Source of the DNA: Antedon mediterranea | Lineage: Eukaryota; Animalia; Echinodermata | Assembly (NCBI RefSeq): GCF_964355755.1 | Contig: NC_092672.1 | Coordinates: forward strand, 12,090,001 to 12,154,000 | Direction of reading: 5' to 3' | Length of the DNA: 64,000 nucleotides | In this document: one piece after another, positions 15,501-30,500 of the stretch | Numbering within the stretch: position 1 is the first letter of the stretch | Layout: every line of letters starts with the position of its first letter | Translations under genes and position numbers: made by a program | The notes under the pieces: generated by a model | What the model was told of the DNA's origin: nothing | The model's database searches: none | What the model saw: the letters and a program-made list of their open reading frames with translations, nothing else

Positions 15501-18500
15501 ACAAACTATATTTAAAGAAGGAAGATACAGTATTTATTTTATTATTTATTTATTTTCAATCTTTCGACAATCAGAAACAAAAAAGTTGAACGGGGCGGTC
15601 GAGTAAAAAAATAAAAGAGAATTGACACATTCTAATAATGTATTGGAAACATAATAATTGGGTTTATTTACATGTGTCAGGATTCAAACAAAGGGAGTTC
15701 TTCTTAACCCATTAATCAATGGCGAATAAATCATTCTGAAGTATTGGGCTCGAATCCCTATCAGTAACACGGCGAAAAGGAAAAACGTCATTAGCATATT
15801 GAACCATGGTAGAAGAAACATGAAGGTGTAAAACATTAACATACAAAACAAATAACAAAGGACCCAGGACAGACTATTTAACAGAAGATTTGCCCTTATG
15901 TACGACACGCTGTAAACGGTTAGAAATAAAAGAGTTTATCCAACTAAATGCGGAATCATTGATCTTAAAAGTCAACATGAGTTTTCTAATGAGAATACTG
16001 TGCGATATCGTGTCGAACACACGACTGAAGTCCAGTGCGATAAGGTCAACAGCAGGAGATTTAGAGTCAGGCGCGCGTAACCAGTCCGTCATAGCTGACA
16101 TCAGTGCTGTGGTACATGATCGACTCGGAAGAAAACCATGTTGATGCGCTGCCAGAAGACCATTACCAACACAATGATGAATAATTTGTTGAGAAACAAG
16201 TTTCTCCAATATCTTACACACCACTGACGTATGAGATACAGGCCGGTAATTGAGTTGGTTAGCTTTGTCCCCTTTCTTGTAAACTGAAACGAAGTTCGCT
16301 CGTTTCCACATGCAAAGAATTTGACCACAAGACAGCGATTGATTGAAAAAGTTAATAGTCACTGGGATAATAACTGGACATGCTATCCATCAGTGCCATG
16401 CTTTATTTGCTACAAAGTTTTTAATGCCAGATTCCACTTGACAACGGGAGACTCAGAAATGCTTTAAAGACGGTATATCCAAAGTGGGAGACGTGACACT
16501 GCCTAGTTCAGTAGACGTGGTAAATAAACTTACAAACAATTTATTAAAATTATTGGCAATAAGAGTAGGATCCTTGATAGTATTGCCATTATTCAAAAAG
16601 AAACCAATATTATCGGATGATTTACGCTTGTTTTTCATGAAGGACCAAAATGACTTCCGATTATCTTTCTTCTTGAATAAGTTAGTGATGAAATCACCGT
16701 ATGCCCGTTTGGAGACATTACGAACTTTATTACGTATAATCTTATAAATATTCCATGCCGCAATTGTATTTTGTGTACGAGCTGTTTTGAACAGGGCACG
16801 ATCGCTTCTGAATGATAAGTTCATGAACATCAGGCGAAATCCAAGGTTTTGCATTTTTTTACGTGCTCGCTGAAACCAACAATAATAATATAACAAAACA
16901 CGTTGTAGTTGTCGTCCATCTTTATTCATCTCTCCTCTTCCTAACATTATATTTAATTAAATAAACACTTTTAAAATCAATAAAACTTTTAAGAATCATT
17001 TCATGTTTTATCTAAACTCTTGACAATGGGTCAGCTACAACATTATCCTTTCCTCTGATATGATGAATTTCCAGATTCATGTCTTGAACTGCTAAACTCC
17101 ATCTCAACAAGCGCTGATTCTTGTGCTTGATTCTTGCCAAGAACGTCAATGGGTTGTGGACAGTCCAAACTACAATTGGAAACGGAGTAGATACAAGATA
17201 CACCTCAAAGTGCTTTAACGCTGACATCAAAGCTAATGTATCCTTCTCAACAGTAGAACAACGCTTCTCATGCTGGTTGAATTTTCTCGAGAAGAAACAC
17301 ACAGGCTTATCAACATCATTCTCGTCTTTTTGCACCAACACAACACCAGAACCGATATCACTGGCATAGATCATTAACGAGAACTGTTTATCAAATTGAG
17401 CTATCAACACCAGTTCGTTTGATAACATCGCTTTAACTTTAATGAACGCATTACTGCATTCTTCCAACCACACAAAGCTCGCATTCTTTTTCAACAGATT
17501 CGTTAATGAAGCTACAAGCGTTGAGAAACTTCTGCAAAAACGTCGATAAAATCCAGCCATTCCCAGGAAACGCAAACTCCTGCTTACTCTTTGGAACTGG
17601 GAAATCACAGACTGCCATAATCTTAGCAGTTAATGGTTTCACTTTTCCGCAACCAACTTTATGACCTAAGAACACAATTTCTACACAGGAAAAATTTACT
17701 TTCAAGTTTTGAGCTGACAACCTGTCAAACAATGCATTAATTCTCTGCACATGCACATCCCATGTATCACTATAAACAACCAAATCATCTATATAAGCTT
17801 CACAGCCCTCCAATCCTGAAAGTATACCATTAACCAATCTCTGGAAAGTGGCTGGCGCGTTTTTTAAACCGAAAGGCATGACCTTATACTGATAACGACC
17901 CAAGTGACACTTTTTTCGCACGCTTTGTTAAAGGAATTTGCCAGTAACCCTTTAGAAGATCAAATTTACTGACAAACTTAGCACTACCCACACGATCAAT
18001 TCAGTCATCTATCCTCGGTATGGGATATGAATCTGTAGTAGATTTGGCATTAACCTTCCGATAATCAGTACAAAAACGATAAGATTTATCTGGCTTCGGA
18101 ACTACAGTAATATACATGGATAACTCCAAGCACTACAACTAGGTTCGATGATATCATTCTTAATCATGTAATCAATCTCATTTTGTAATATCTTCATCTT
18201 GAACGGATTTGCTCTATATGGATTTTGTTTTATTGGTGAACAATCAGCTGTCTTAACGTCATGCTCCACTAAGTTCGTTAGACCTGGAACATCCAAAAAC
18301 AACTGCAGATTTCCAAATATCAAACTAACAATTTCAACCTTACGATCACGAGATAAATGACCAACTTTTCTTCAATGTTTGCAAGGACATCTGAATTACT
18401 GAACTTAACACATGTATCAGGATCCCCAAACTCTTCAGAATTCTCTTCAACAACACACGTAACTGGTCTTGACTTAGGCCTATCACTAATATTTCTTACT

Positions 18501-21500
18501 GTGTATGGTTTCAACATGTTTATATGACACCGTCGCACGCTTCTTCTTACGCCTATCTGGAGTATCTAACACATAGTCAACTTCTCCTACTATTTCTAAG
18601 ACTTTGTAAGAATCAGCAAATCTTGCAGATAATGGTTGACTGGGAAGAGGCAACATAATAGACCGGGCGCCCGGAAGATTTATTCATGTGAAAAGATACA
18701 AAAGGTTTGATGATGTAGTTAGGTGCGTATTAGGGTGAGATGCAATATTCGACATTGCTGCCGGGTCACAGCCTGTACATGGGGCCTGTGGGGATCATAA
18801 CATAGGGGGGTAAAAATGCATTTATTCATGTTAAGCGATACAAGAATAAACTTTTTTGGATATCATTCGCAGTGGGCTACTAATGATTACATCACCAATG
18901 ACAGCAACTTTATCCTGTACGGGGCGCCAAACAGCAACATTTTAGGGACACGCCCAAATGGGTTTATTCATGTGAAGCGATACAAGGTTGAATCTTTTTT
19001 TAATGGCAGCAGTACATATTGGGGATATTGGATTTCTTTTTACACGATTTGTGACAGCGTCATTTATAAATTTGATTATATCACACTGTAATGATTTTGG
19101 ATTTTACCGCAAAGGCAAGTCAATCCCATTTACATATTATTTAGTGAAGGACAAGAAACATGTTGCTGCATTAAAATCGCTTTGTGGTGACAGGATGGAC
19201 AAACCCGCAGTCACTGCCTATGTATGCAAGATATATGGGTTTAAAAGCATGAACAGTATTAATGAGGCCAGGTACCAATCGTTTCGCAAAATGACAACTG
19301 GAAAGAAGAAATTTAAGAAGATCAACTGTTCGTCATTGCCACCATGTGAAATCACAATCACCCAGCATCTGTTGAGGGCAAATTATGTATCTATTATGTG
19401 GAGACACGCTCATACTCCTCAGCCAACACAAAACCTACAGTGACCCATTAAACTATGGATGGGTTGATAATGGTGATGGAAGGTATGTACCTAAATGGTT
19501 TAATAAAAAATGCTCTACCAGATACGTTGACTAGTGATCCACACTCGGAACAAAGTGCTGAATCAAACACAGTTCTTGACGATACTGATGAGGAATATTG
19601 GAACAAAGTGATGATGAAGAACTTGAAATAATATATTTGAAGCTGAAATCGATGATGACCAACCTTGGAGTGATGACAGTGAAAGTGACTGTGATGATGA
19701 CGAATAGATAAACTCAAAAGATTAAGCATTACGGCTGATTTAATAGTTTTTAATCGTTTACATAAAACATTTGAGAGTTTTGAAGTAAATATTGTATAAT
19801 ATTATATCAAATGTAAATACTGAACTATTTGTTCAACAGATAGTTGGCAAGAAGAATCCAGTATCATTACAGTGTGATAATTATAATCAAATTTATAAAT
19901 GACGCTGTCACAAATCATGTAAAAAGAAATCCAATAGGCCCTATTGGTTTTATTATATCGTGTATTCTGTTTAGCTACTAACTGTTACGGCTCATTTTTA
20001 GTTTAGCGCCCTCTATAATTAAAGGTTGTCTAATATGTCCGCTCACAAAGATAATGTGTTCTATGCGTAGGTCTATCTAGAAGAGACACAAACGTAAGTT
20101 TTAATCATCTAATGAATAATATTGTGATAATAATAAGAAATTATGATTAATGCAGTAGTTGATTGAAGTTATATTATAGTTAAATTTGACTCCGAACGCC
20201 GTCTAAATGGTGCGTGGAGTGTAGGCCTATCTGTGGCCAAGATTGAAAGCATGTTCATGCTTGTTTTATAATGTTGTAACGTTCGCAATTCTCCCGCGGT
20301 TGTCATGGGATGAAATCCAGTGATGCGGACGGTGCTCGTTCCGCTTGATTGAGCACGGCTCTATTCAAGAGCTATTTACACGGAAGTGTTTGTTATTGTT
20401 ATGTTTGGAGCTCCGTAAGAGTTATTTAAACGTAAATGCTTGTTATAATACAAACATGTTATTATCTTTTGTTTCTAGTTGAAACCATCATCATCATCAT
20501 CATTATCATCATCATCATCAGTAAAGTCAGTCTTTATTCAATAGCTGATCATCATCAGCGTCATTATCGTGATCTTCATCACATCGGCAAGTTGCCATGG
20601 CCATCGCCATTGAGAGTTGAATAAAGTGTTTGATGCGTTACAAGTTGTCTGTGATTGTTTATTTGATCGTTCAAGTGAAAACCTACGCCCAACAGTAGAG
20701 GCTGTTATAGTAACAATGGAATATGATGAATGTACAATATTCAGTTATTTAATGCATACAGCCAGTAACCTCGATGTCTTTGCACAATTGTGCTTTTACA
20801 GTGTATTCGACCTGGGTTCAGTTAGAGAAAAATAATGTGCAATAATCAATACAGTAGTCGATCCATTGTGGATAAGTAACGATATTTAATGTTGTCCAGT
20901 ATTATTAATGTTGCCTTTTATCAGATATCACTGTATAATGTTAGTACAGTAACAATTTTAAATTTGAATTGGGCAGTTATAGTAGAATAATGTGCAATAA
21001 TCGATACAGTAGTCGATCCATTATGGATAAGTAACGATATTTAATTTGGTCCTGAGTATGTTGCATTTTATCAGATATCACTGTTTAATGTTAGTACAAT
21101 AACAATTTTAAATTTGACTAGGGCAGTTATAGTATAATAATTTACAGTAATCAATACAGTAGTCGATCCATTTTGGATAAGTAACGATATTTAATTCGAT
21201 TCAGTTTGTTGCGTTTTATCAGATATAACTTTCTTATGTTAGTTAGTAAATAATGTGCAATAATCAATACAGTAGTCGATCCATTGTGGATAAGTAACGA
21301 TATTTAGCGCAACTATTTAGGCATTGGAACACCAGCAGCAGGATCTTAAATTTAACACGTGACTCCATGGGAAGCCAATTTAACTCTTTGAACAATGGTG
21401 TGACGTGATCATACTTCTTGGCACACATCACCAAGCGAGCTGCCCAATTTTGCACCTTCTGGAGAGTCCGCAACTGCTTCTTTGGCAGACCATACAGCAG

Positions 21501-24500
21501 GGAATTTCCCATATCAAGCCGACTGGTAACAAAAGCATGTACAATCTGCTCTGTTGCACAATGGTTCAAGTAACGTCTGATCTTGGCGATGTTTACATAA
21601 ATGGAAAATAGCAGATCGGCAGATTTTGTTGATATATGATTCCATGGTCATTTTACAATCAAGTTGTACACCAAGGTTACGAACTTCTGATGATGGATTG
21701 ACTAGTACGCCACCAATATGTAGGCCATCAAACCGGATCTTTTTTCTCTGCTGAACAGAACCAAATAGGATCACCTCGGTCTTTTTATCATTTAGCTTGA
21801 AGAAGTTGTAGCCCATCCATTTTCTAATCTCAGCAGTGCATTCTTCTTACCGTTTTACGGCGGACAGAAACTTGGTCTGGCAAGGCTAGACAGAAACGTA
21901 GATTTGAATATCATCTGCATAGAAATGATGACATAATCCGTGTCTTCGTATTATTTCAGCAACTGGGGCAACATAGATGGAAAACAGCTGTGGTCCAAGC
22001 ACCGAACCTTGTGGGACACCACATAATAGAGGAAGGTCATCTGATGAAACATCACCAATGCAGACGGCCTGGGTTCTGTTCCTTAGATATGATGTGAACC
22101 AAGACAATGCTTGATCTCTAACCCCAATATCATGTGACAATATATGAAGAAGCAGTGAGTGATCTACTGTGTCAAAAGCAGCCGATAAGTCTAGTAAAAC
22201 TAGAATAACAAGTTCTTGATTATCTATTGATGTCAAAACGTCATTCTGAACACGTAGAAGCGCGGTCTCCACACTGTGGTTACTTTGTATGCTGATTGGT
22301 AAGTTTCATGGAGGTTGTGATTTGACATATGCTTAGAGAGTCTAACTGTAACAACACGCTCAATAAGCTTCGAAACAAAGGATAAATTTGAAACCGGTCT
22401 ATAATTTTTAAGAACTTCTGGGTTGAGGCCAGTCTTCTTCAGCAAAGGCCGTACATGTGCTTTCTTTAAATTCTGCGGTACTGTGGATGTGATAAGTGAA
22501 AGATTAACTAATTTCATTAGCACTGGAACTATTACAGGGAACTCCCTCATCCCATTCCTTTTCACATTCAAAACAATAGGTTTTAAGCATATTCTTAAGT
22601 GTTTGATGAAATCTCTGAAGTGCCCCTTGAAACTGTGGATGGTAAGCTTGAACTTATATGGGCAACACCTAACCGACCTGGACGTGAAGTAAATATCAGA
22701 TCAATGATTGTATTAGATTTCAAATCGTCGGATGATCGAGTAACGTCACGAACAAGTTGATCAAAACAGCGCTTCAGATAAATTCTCTAAGTTAGACTTA
22801 AGTTTTGTGGTAATATTAGGCGAAAAGTCGATACTGTATTAAAATCACCCAACAAGATGACGCCTGCGTAAGAGTCCAAGTCAAGAATATTGAGGATATC
22901 ATCTAGGCTATCGACACTACCAGTGTCGTACGGGGGTCTATAGTAAACTCCACAAATCCACTTTTCTGATCCAATTTTTAATTGAACAACTTCGGTTGTA
23001 ACATCTGGTGGAAGATCAATAATGAAAGGTGAAAGTCCATTTGCGACAGCTAGCATCACACCACCTCCATGACGATTTTTTTGTCATTTCTGAAAATAGT
23101 GTAACTATCGGTATCCAAAATTAAAGTAGATAGTATAGTAGAGTCCAGCCATGTTTCCGTAAAAGCAATTATTGATAGAGACATTGACGAAACTACAGCT
23201 TGAAACTCTGCAAGTTTGTTTTTTAAACTCAGAGAATTTAGTAAAGCGCAACGAAGAGTAGGTCCATTTCGAGAAGATGACGATGATGAAATCTCGGATA
23301 TATCAGATTGTGACTCGGTTGATGAATCGATACTGATGTTTGATGCACTACATTCAAAGAAGGAATCCGAGAATGGGGGTAGCGAACAAGCCCCAAAAAA
23401 ACCAAGGCTCATCTGGACAGGCATATAATCGGCGTATTCAATGTTCGACACAGCTTGACACCTTGTGTGAAACCACGAATTGCAACAAACACACTTCAAG
23501 CCCTTTTGGTTGGACTTCACAGGTTTACTACAGGTTCCGAAAGGAAATTTGTAGGGACCTGGGTTAATCTCAATTTCACCGCAAAGGAGGATGAAAAAAA
23601 ATCAGTGTACGCATTTACCAACTCTTAGAATGTGCTGTGGAATGTGCGGCTAAGCCTATGCTTTGTGACCGTGGTCGTCGCCGGAGCGAGTCTTCGTCGG
23701 CTGAGTTAACTATACTATAACGGGCAAGGTCCGACCCTAGTACAAAGTCAAGTCCATGAAAGCACAACATACCCTGATTTTTTATTTGTAGTTGGCTAAC
23801 ATGATCCCAGATAGGTTCAGCAACGTTCAGGAGATGGCCAAATACGAACTGCTACGATTATACTCAAATACAAAGATAACATAGGTAGTGTCATTGTACT
23901 GTTTTGGAGATAGTTCTGACATAACTAATAATGCTGTCACCTATTCTGGTTTTACCTTTGACCAAATAAACACTTCCATATTGTTAATGTCAATAACCTA
24001 AGCTCACTAAAAAATAAACACGTTTAACGATTACGCATAAAAAAAAGAGGGGATTAACATCGTGTGGAGCATTGTGTTTAGACTCTAAACACTGTTTTTA
24101 GAGTGTACACAGTAAATTAATTTACCGAATTTAAGATGGTAATTTTAGTTTCAATTTCATGTTTGACATTACATTTTTGTAAATTATATTATTTGATCAT
24201 TGATTGGGTTTTTATATAACGGAGTAGATTAGAATCAATTGTAGCGCACTAATACGATTATCAACATTATTTATTTTCGATATTGTGGCATTGGATGTAC
24301 ATTAATTACCTTGTCTTTCGATGTGGCCGATGCACCATGGTTTAACAGAGTGTTTACTATCTCTAATTTACAATCGTTGATGGTCAGGTATAAATTGAGT
24401 GGTGTATCTCCATCCTGAAAAAAAAAGAATAAGAATATTTCAATTGGTTATCAAATGGGAAGAACATTTTGAAAAAAATACTGAGGTTTGAAAGTGCAGA

Positions 24501-27500
24501 AACACATTAATTTAAGTCAAACGAATTACTCAATTTTCTTTTGTAATGCCAACTAACGCAATTATCAATTATTCACCTAGGCCTGTATAGTATGTGGGTC
24601 GGGTCATTAGGGAGTTTGCTCCTACTCTGGAACATTAAGATTGTATTTTAGTTCTGTAAAGTAGGCCAGACTATATTTACAAAAAGTTTACTTACTGTTT
24701 ATCAAATTACTGATATTATAATAAATCATTATACAATGATTAAAAATATCATTTATATATTATTCAATTATTTCGTCGTGTTCTGTAATCTGAAATGCTA
24801 CAGCTTTGGTGTTCAAAATTATTCTGACATTTAAATTAACTACTATAATATGCATTTCAACAATGCAAACAATAAAAAAAACGAACAATGATTAAGAAGG
24901 AGCGGGGTTGGTGAAATCTTTTCATAGTTGGACCCTTGTCCATTATATGGACTGAGGACGCTGAAAATAAAAAAAAATAATACTAAAAACTAATAAGATT
25001 ATTAAAATTATTGATTTTAAATCCTTGTAAAACTAATTTACATACATTACCTTGTCTTGAGTTTTCACTGATGCACCATAGGTTAAGAGACTGTTAACTA
25101 TCTCTAACTTACAATCCGAATTTCTCAAATATAAACTTAGAGGTGTCTCTCCATTCTGGAAAAGGAAAGTTTTCAATAAACAGGCATTGTGACGGGGCGT
25201 TTACGCCCTCAGGCGTCGTAATAACACAAAGACAAGTATACGCATAACAGAAATTCGATCCATTTTTCGCGCAGCAGCTTTAAACCCCAGAGGAAATAAT
25301 CAATAAAAAACTGTCAGTTTTAATATTTTGTAAACTCAACTAACGAAAAAACGTATGTGAAAAAAGAGTCTATGAGGGCTCACTGTTGATTTTAGATTCT
25401 CGCCCTTTGATTGGTTGACGCGAATAAACAGACTCCAGAAGAATTATATCACGTGTGCCGTTGTCTCTGAGGATCGGACTGCATATCCTGGCATGTTTTA
25501 CACACGTCGGGAAAATAATGTATTGAAGTTAATGAGGTTAAATATAATATACTCTTTTTAAAGTTCATACAATTGCCTACCGAGGACCCAATTTACTTAC
25601 TTCGTTCGTGGCTGGCTAAAAACGATCATTTTCGGCGATGTTTTGGACCCTATATTTCGAAGACTACAAGTCAGATTTTCATAATTCTTTCTTTATTTAA
25701 TATTGATACAAAATATTAACAGGCAATGTATGTTATTAACTTATAATGTTGCATCATTATAATAGACCTAGGCCTGTATAGTATTTGGGTCGGGTCATTA
25801 GGGAGTTTGCTCCTACTCTGGAACATGTACATGTACTGTAGTTTAGTTTATGATTGTATTTTGTTCTGTAAAGTAGGCCAGACTATATTTACACAAAATG
25901 TTTACTTACTGTTTATCAAATTACTGATATAATAAATCATTATACAATGATTAAAAATATCGAGCAGCGTTTTTTGTAAGAAATATTTATTTTTCAATCT
26001 GTGACTGCAGAGGTACCATATCTGTACCATCAACTTTGTTATCGGAGTCTAACCACCACCCACACCACCCCCTCCCCCTCAATGTCATGAGTAGCGTTGT
26101 AAATCCAGTAGGCTACCTCTTATTTCAATTGATCAGACAGTTAAAATATATAATTATATGTAACACTAACAATGCTAATACCAGTAGATGTACAGTAGTG
26201 TACAATAAATATATATTATGAAATATTGCATGACGTCGTTGTAAGAAAAACAATCCAAGTTTGATACGAATTTTAGAAATATGAAGATACCACTCCATCA
26301 TAAAATAATGAGACAGAAATGTGGCAGGCCAATACCATGCAATTCAGACAATTAAAGTCTAAAGTTTATTTTTAAATTTTAAATTTCTCGTGATAGCAAT
26401 AATATTGCCCTCGCAAAAAATAACATCAGAATTTGAATAGACCATTTTGCAGTTTGTCTCTTCTGTCGAAAAACGAAGAAATTCAGAGATTTCATTTATA
26501 AAAAGACAAAAATAAACGATAAAATGTAATCAAAAACACATTGTCTGAAAGGACAATTTTACTACTTTGGATTTAATTACAGTTTTTGCAAGTCCGTATT
26601 TTTTTTTTGATCTAGTTTTTGTGAATGATTTTTATGCTACATTAAAAAAAAACATATTCAATAAAAAAAAAAAAAAAAATTTGTTTCATAGGGACAATAT
26701 TATGTCTTTAAAATTAAATGTACAATTACCTTGTCTTTTGAAGTAACTGATGCACCCTTTTGTAGGAGACTGTTAACTATCTCTACATCATCGTCATAAC
26801 TCAAATATGCAATCAGCGGTGTATCTCCGACCTAAAAAAAAATTGATTTTTACTAAACCACTACTCCCACAGACTTCCATACTGAAGTGACTACTTTCTG
26901 TGGTCATCGTGCATTCTCTCACCTAGCTCCATCGCGAAGATGCACGGCCAGTGATCATTGAACCACTGGGGCTATCAATGTAATGTTCAATTTTGATTGG
27001 AAAGCGACTCTAAAAACCCCCCGGCGTATTACGGCGGAACAGCGCTAGTTCTTAATATTGTATGCACGCGCAACATATATCAAATTGCAGGGGGCACCCA
27101 GCGCTAAAATAGAGGGGTCAACTAGTAATTTGTGAGCAACAATAACAGAGCCATATTAAAAGATTTACGACATTACAACATGGATTAGAAGCAAATTGTT
27201 GTGTTCAAACATTCCGCGCTCAAAGCACGCTCTCCGCGTTTTTGTCCATGGGATTTAGAATTTTAACTCACACAAATTGCAAGAAAAGTTTTTTTTTTAT
27301 GAAATGTGTTCTTTAGACCCTACTGAACACATTTATAAACGTTATGACATTTTTCGACAACGGGAAGTAGCCTAATTTGCATAATTAAAAATGGCGGCCA
27401 TTTTTAAAAACGTACTATGTATCTTGGAAACCGCTAGTCACACATACTTAATTATGGTGTTAAAATCATTAGAATATATGTATTTATTTTCACTTTAAAA

Positions 27501-30500
27501 TGAAAAAGTTTGTCCAAAAATGAATGGAAGTGCTATTTCTAACATTATTGACATTTGACCTTGATTTATCATATCTCAGCAACCACTAATCGGAGATATA
27601 CAAATTAGGGCTTAAATTGTTCAGAAACTACACATTTATATCCAGTCTAATGGCATGTTTTTGCAAAAAAATGACGGATTCTAACATTATTGACATTTGA
27701 CCTTGATTTATCATATCTTAGCAACCACTAATCTGAGAGACACACAATATGGCTCAAACTGTTCAGAAACTATATATTTATATTTAGTCTAATGGCATAT
27801 TTTTGCAAAAAATGGCCGATTCTAACATTATTGAACTTTGCACTACATAAAATCGCATAACTTTGAAAATATTGTACATATGAAATTATTTTTAGTGTCA
27901 AATTGTTCAGAACATACATGTTTCTATAGAATCCAATGACACATTATGTCCAATAATGGCCTATTGTATGGTTATTAACATTTGAACTATATTTGAAAAG
28001 GATTTAAGAGAATAAGCTTAAACCGAGTGCCCAGCTGCAGTTAATCTCATTCCCAGCTCATGATTTGTTCGTAGTCTATCTTTCATCTTCCATCATTTTA
28101 ATGTTTCACCAATAGCTTTTCATACTTATACCTAAAGAATTATAGTTGCATATGTCCCAGTTCACTTCTGGCCACCTTATAAAGAATAATATTTAAATTC
28201 TTTCAGATTGATATTCTTATTTTCTTCAATATGATATGTTCCATTTACTTGGTTAATAGAAACCCTTTATTTAAATGTTTTTACGATTTCAATCTCAGTT
28301 CCATTAATTAAAAAGTCATCGTTTTTGCTGCCCGTACCCAGTAAGGGCCTGTACTTGTGTTAAATATATATTTGCTTTTGGATACAACATTTGAAAGAGA
28401 ATACGATATAAAAGTACAAGGTCATCTGCAAAATTAGTTAGATATGAATGAATGGAAATCTTTTTAATACTGGGGATAATAAATGAAATCGAGGATAAGA
28501 GACATCCTTGTTTCAATACAACTGTGCTTTTAAAATGTTTAGTTAGTCCGTTCTGCCTTTTACATGGCTTGGCCCATAGGAAAACGAGCCCTATTTAACG
28601 TGAGCTTTTAGTACCCCGGCTAACCCGGGGTACTATAATTGCCTGACCCTGATCAGTCTTGTTGATGGGTAATTAACAGAACAGTGGCCATCAATCATGC
28701 AGGAAAGTATCTGGGTACTAAAAGAGGCCAAGCCCACTTTGTTTGCCAACAGCCAATCACCGACAGCATCAGGTTTCAGTTACAGCATGTTTTAATGATT
28801 AGGTAATAGTTTGATTTCATGAAATAAATGAATATTTATATAATAGCCTTTTCACGCCTTATAATTATTTAAGTAAGCCTTTATTTCCATGTTTCCTTTT
28901 CGATTTTGTACATTTTAACAACATTGTATGGGGAGCTACAAAGTTCAACCTTAGATTGAGTAGTCAAGCGATCAACCAATTACAATTGAATAATTTTAAT
29001 TTTATTAATTTACCAATGAAATACATAGCCTACTACAAATTGATTCTGAAATAAACTGGGATGGTGCGATGGGATTTGGTAGGGATGTCAAGAGGTACAC
29101 CATCACATCAGACTCGGGCTGAGGTATAGGCAGGGAGTTGTTATTAATAACAACTCCCTGGTATAGGTAGGCCTACAACAATTTTTGAGAATATGAGCGG
29201 GAAATTCAAATAAAATAATGTAGCCGTAGGGGGTGGTACCCACGCTTCCCAAAAAGTGTTTGCGCTATATTAGTATATAGGACCAGATATATGAATTAAT
29301 TAATAATACTAAACAATCTAAAAAATAAATCTTTTTATTTAAAAAAATGTAATTGAATGAATGTTAATAAACATAAACGAAACCCATAAATAACAATCTT
29401 TTTTATTGTGTAATAAAAAGTTGATGTTATACGATATTATAATAGAGGGATTATGCCTCATTTTAGTTGTTTATGTTATTCTAAGAAAACTGCACATAGG
29501 CCTACATACATTATGTTCACTTTAGCACTCTAGTATTTTAAAACATTGATGACTAGCAATTATACACGCCCGGGCGGGTTTCCTATGTAGTTTTAAAACT
29601 TCACAGTACATTCCCGATCATTTGATAATTCATTATCCAGATGCCCTAAAATGTACCCACCTCCCCAACACACACCCGCACTCGGGGATTTTTTAACTTA
29701 TAATGTTAAACTTCTTGGTACAAATTCTATTGCAAACCCCGGCTCTATGACGGTTTTCAAATTCAGTTAAAACATACCCCCAGTTCACATTACTCATGTG
29801 GTCATTGATACTAGCCCCAGCAAATCACTAAGCCTCTCCAACCCCTCTAACCTCTGCACACTGTGATTTTTTTAAATATAGTTTAAAACCTTCCCAGTAC
29901 AATTGTGGTCATACAATCACGAAATATTGTGCTACCTACATTTGAGAAAGTGTGCAATCCTTTAAAAAAATTGTGCTCCTCTTTGAGAAATTGTGCAATA
30001 TGCAAAATTCAGGAAATTGTGCTACCTTTTTGAGAAATAATTGTGCTAACCATTCGGGAAATTGTGCTACCTCTTTGAGAAATTGTGCTACCCATTCGGA
30101 AAATTGTGCTACCTCTTTGAGAAATTGTGCTAACCATTCGGGGGGAAATTGTGCTACCTCTTTGAGAAATTGTGCTAACCATTCGGGGGGAAATTGTGCT
30201 ACCTCTTTGAGAAATTGTGCTAACCATTCAGAAATTGTGTTACCCATTCGGGAAATTGTGCTACCTCTTTGAGAAATTGTGCTAACCATTCGGGAAGTTG
30301 TGCTACCTCTTTGAGAAATTGTGCAATCCATTCCGGAAATTGTGCTACCTCTTTGAGAAATTATGCAATCCATTCGGGATATTTTGTGCTACCTCTTTGA
30401 GAAATTGTGCTAACCATTCGGGAAATTGTGCTACCTCTTTGAGAAATTGTGCTAACCATTCGGGAAATTGTGCTACCTCTTTGAGAAATTGTGCTAACCA

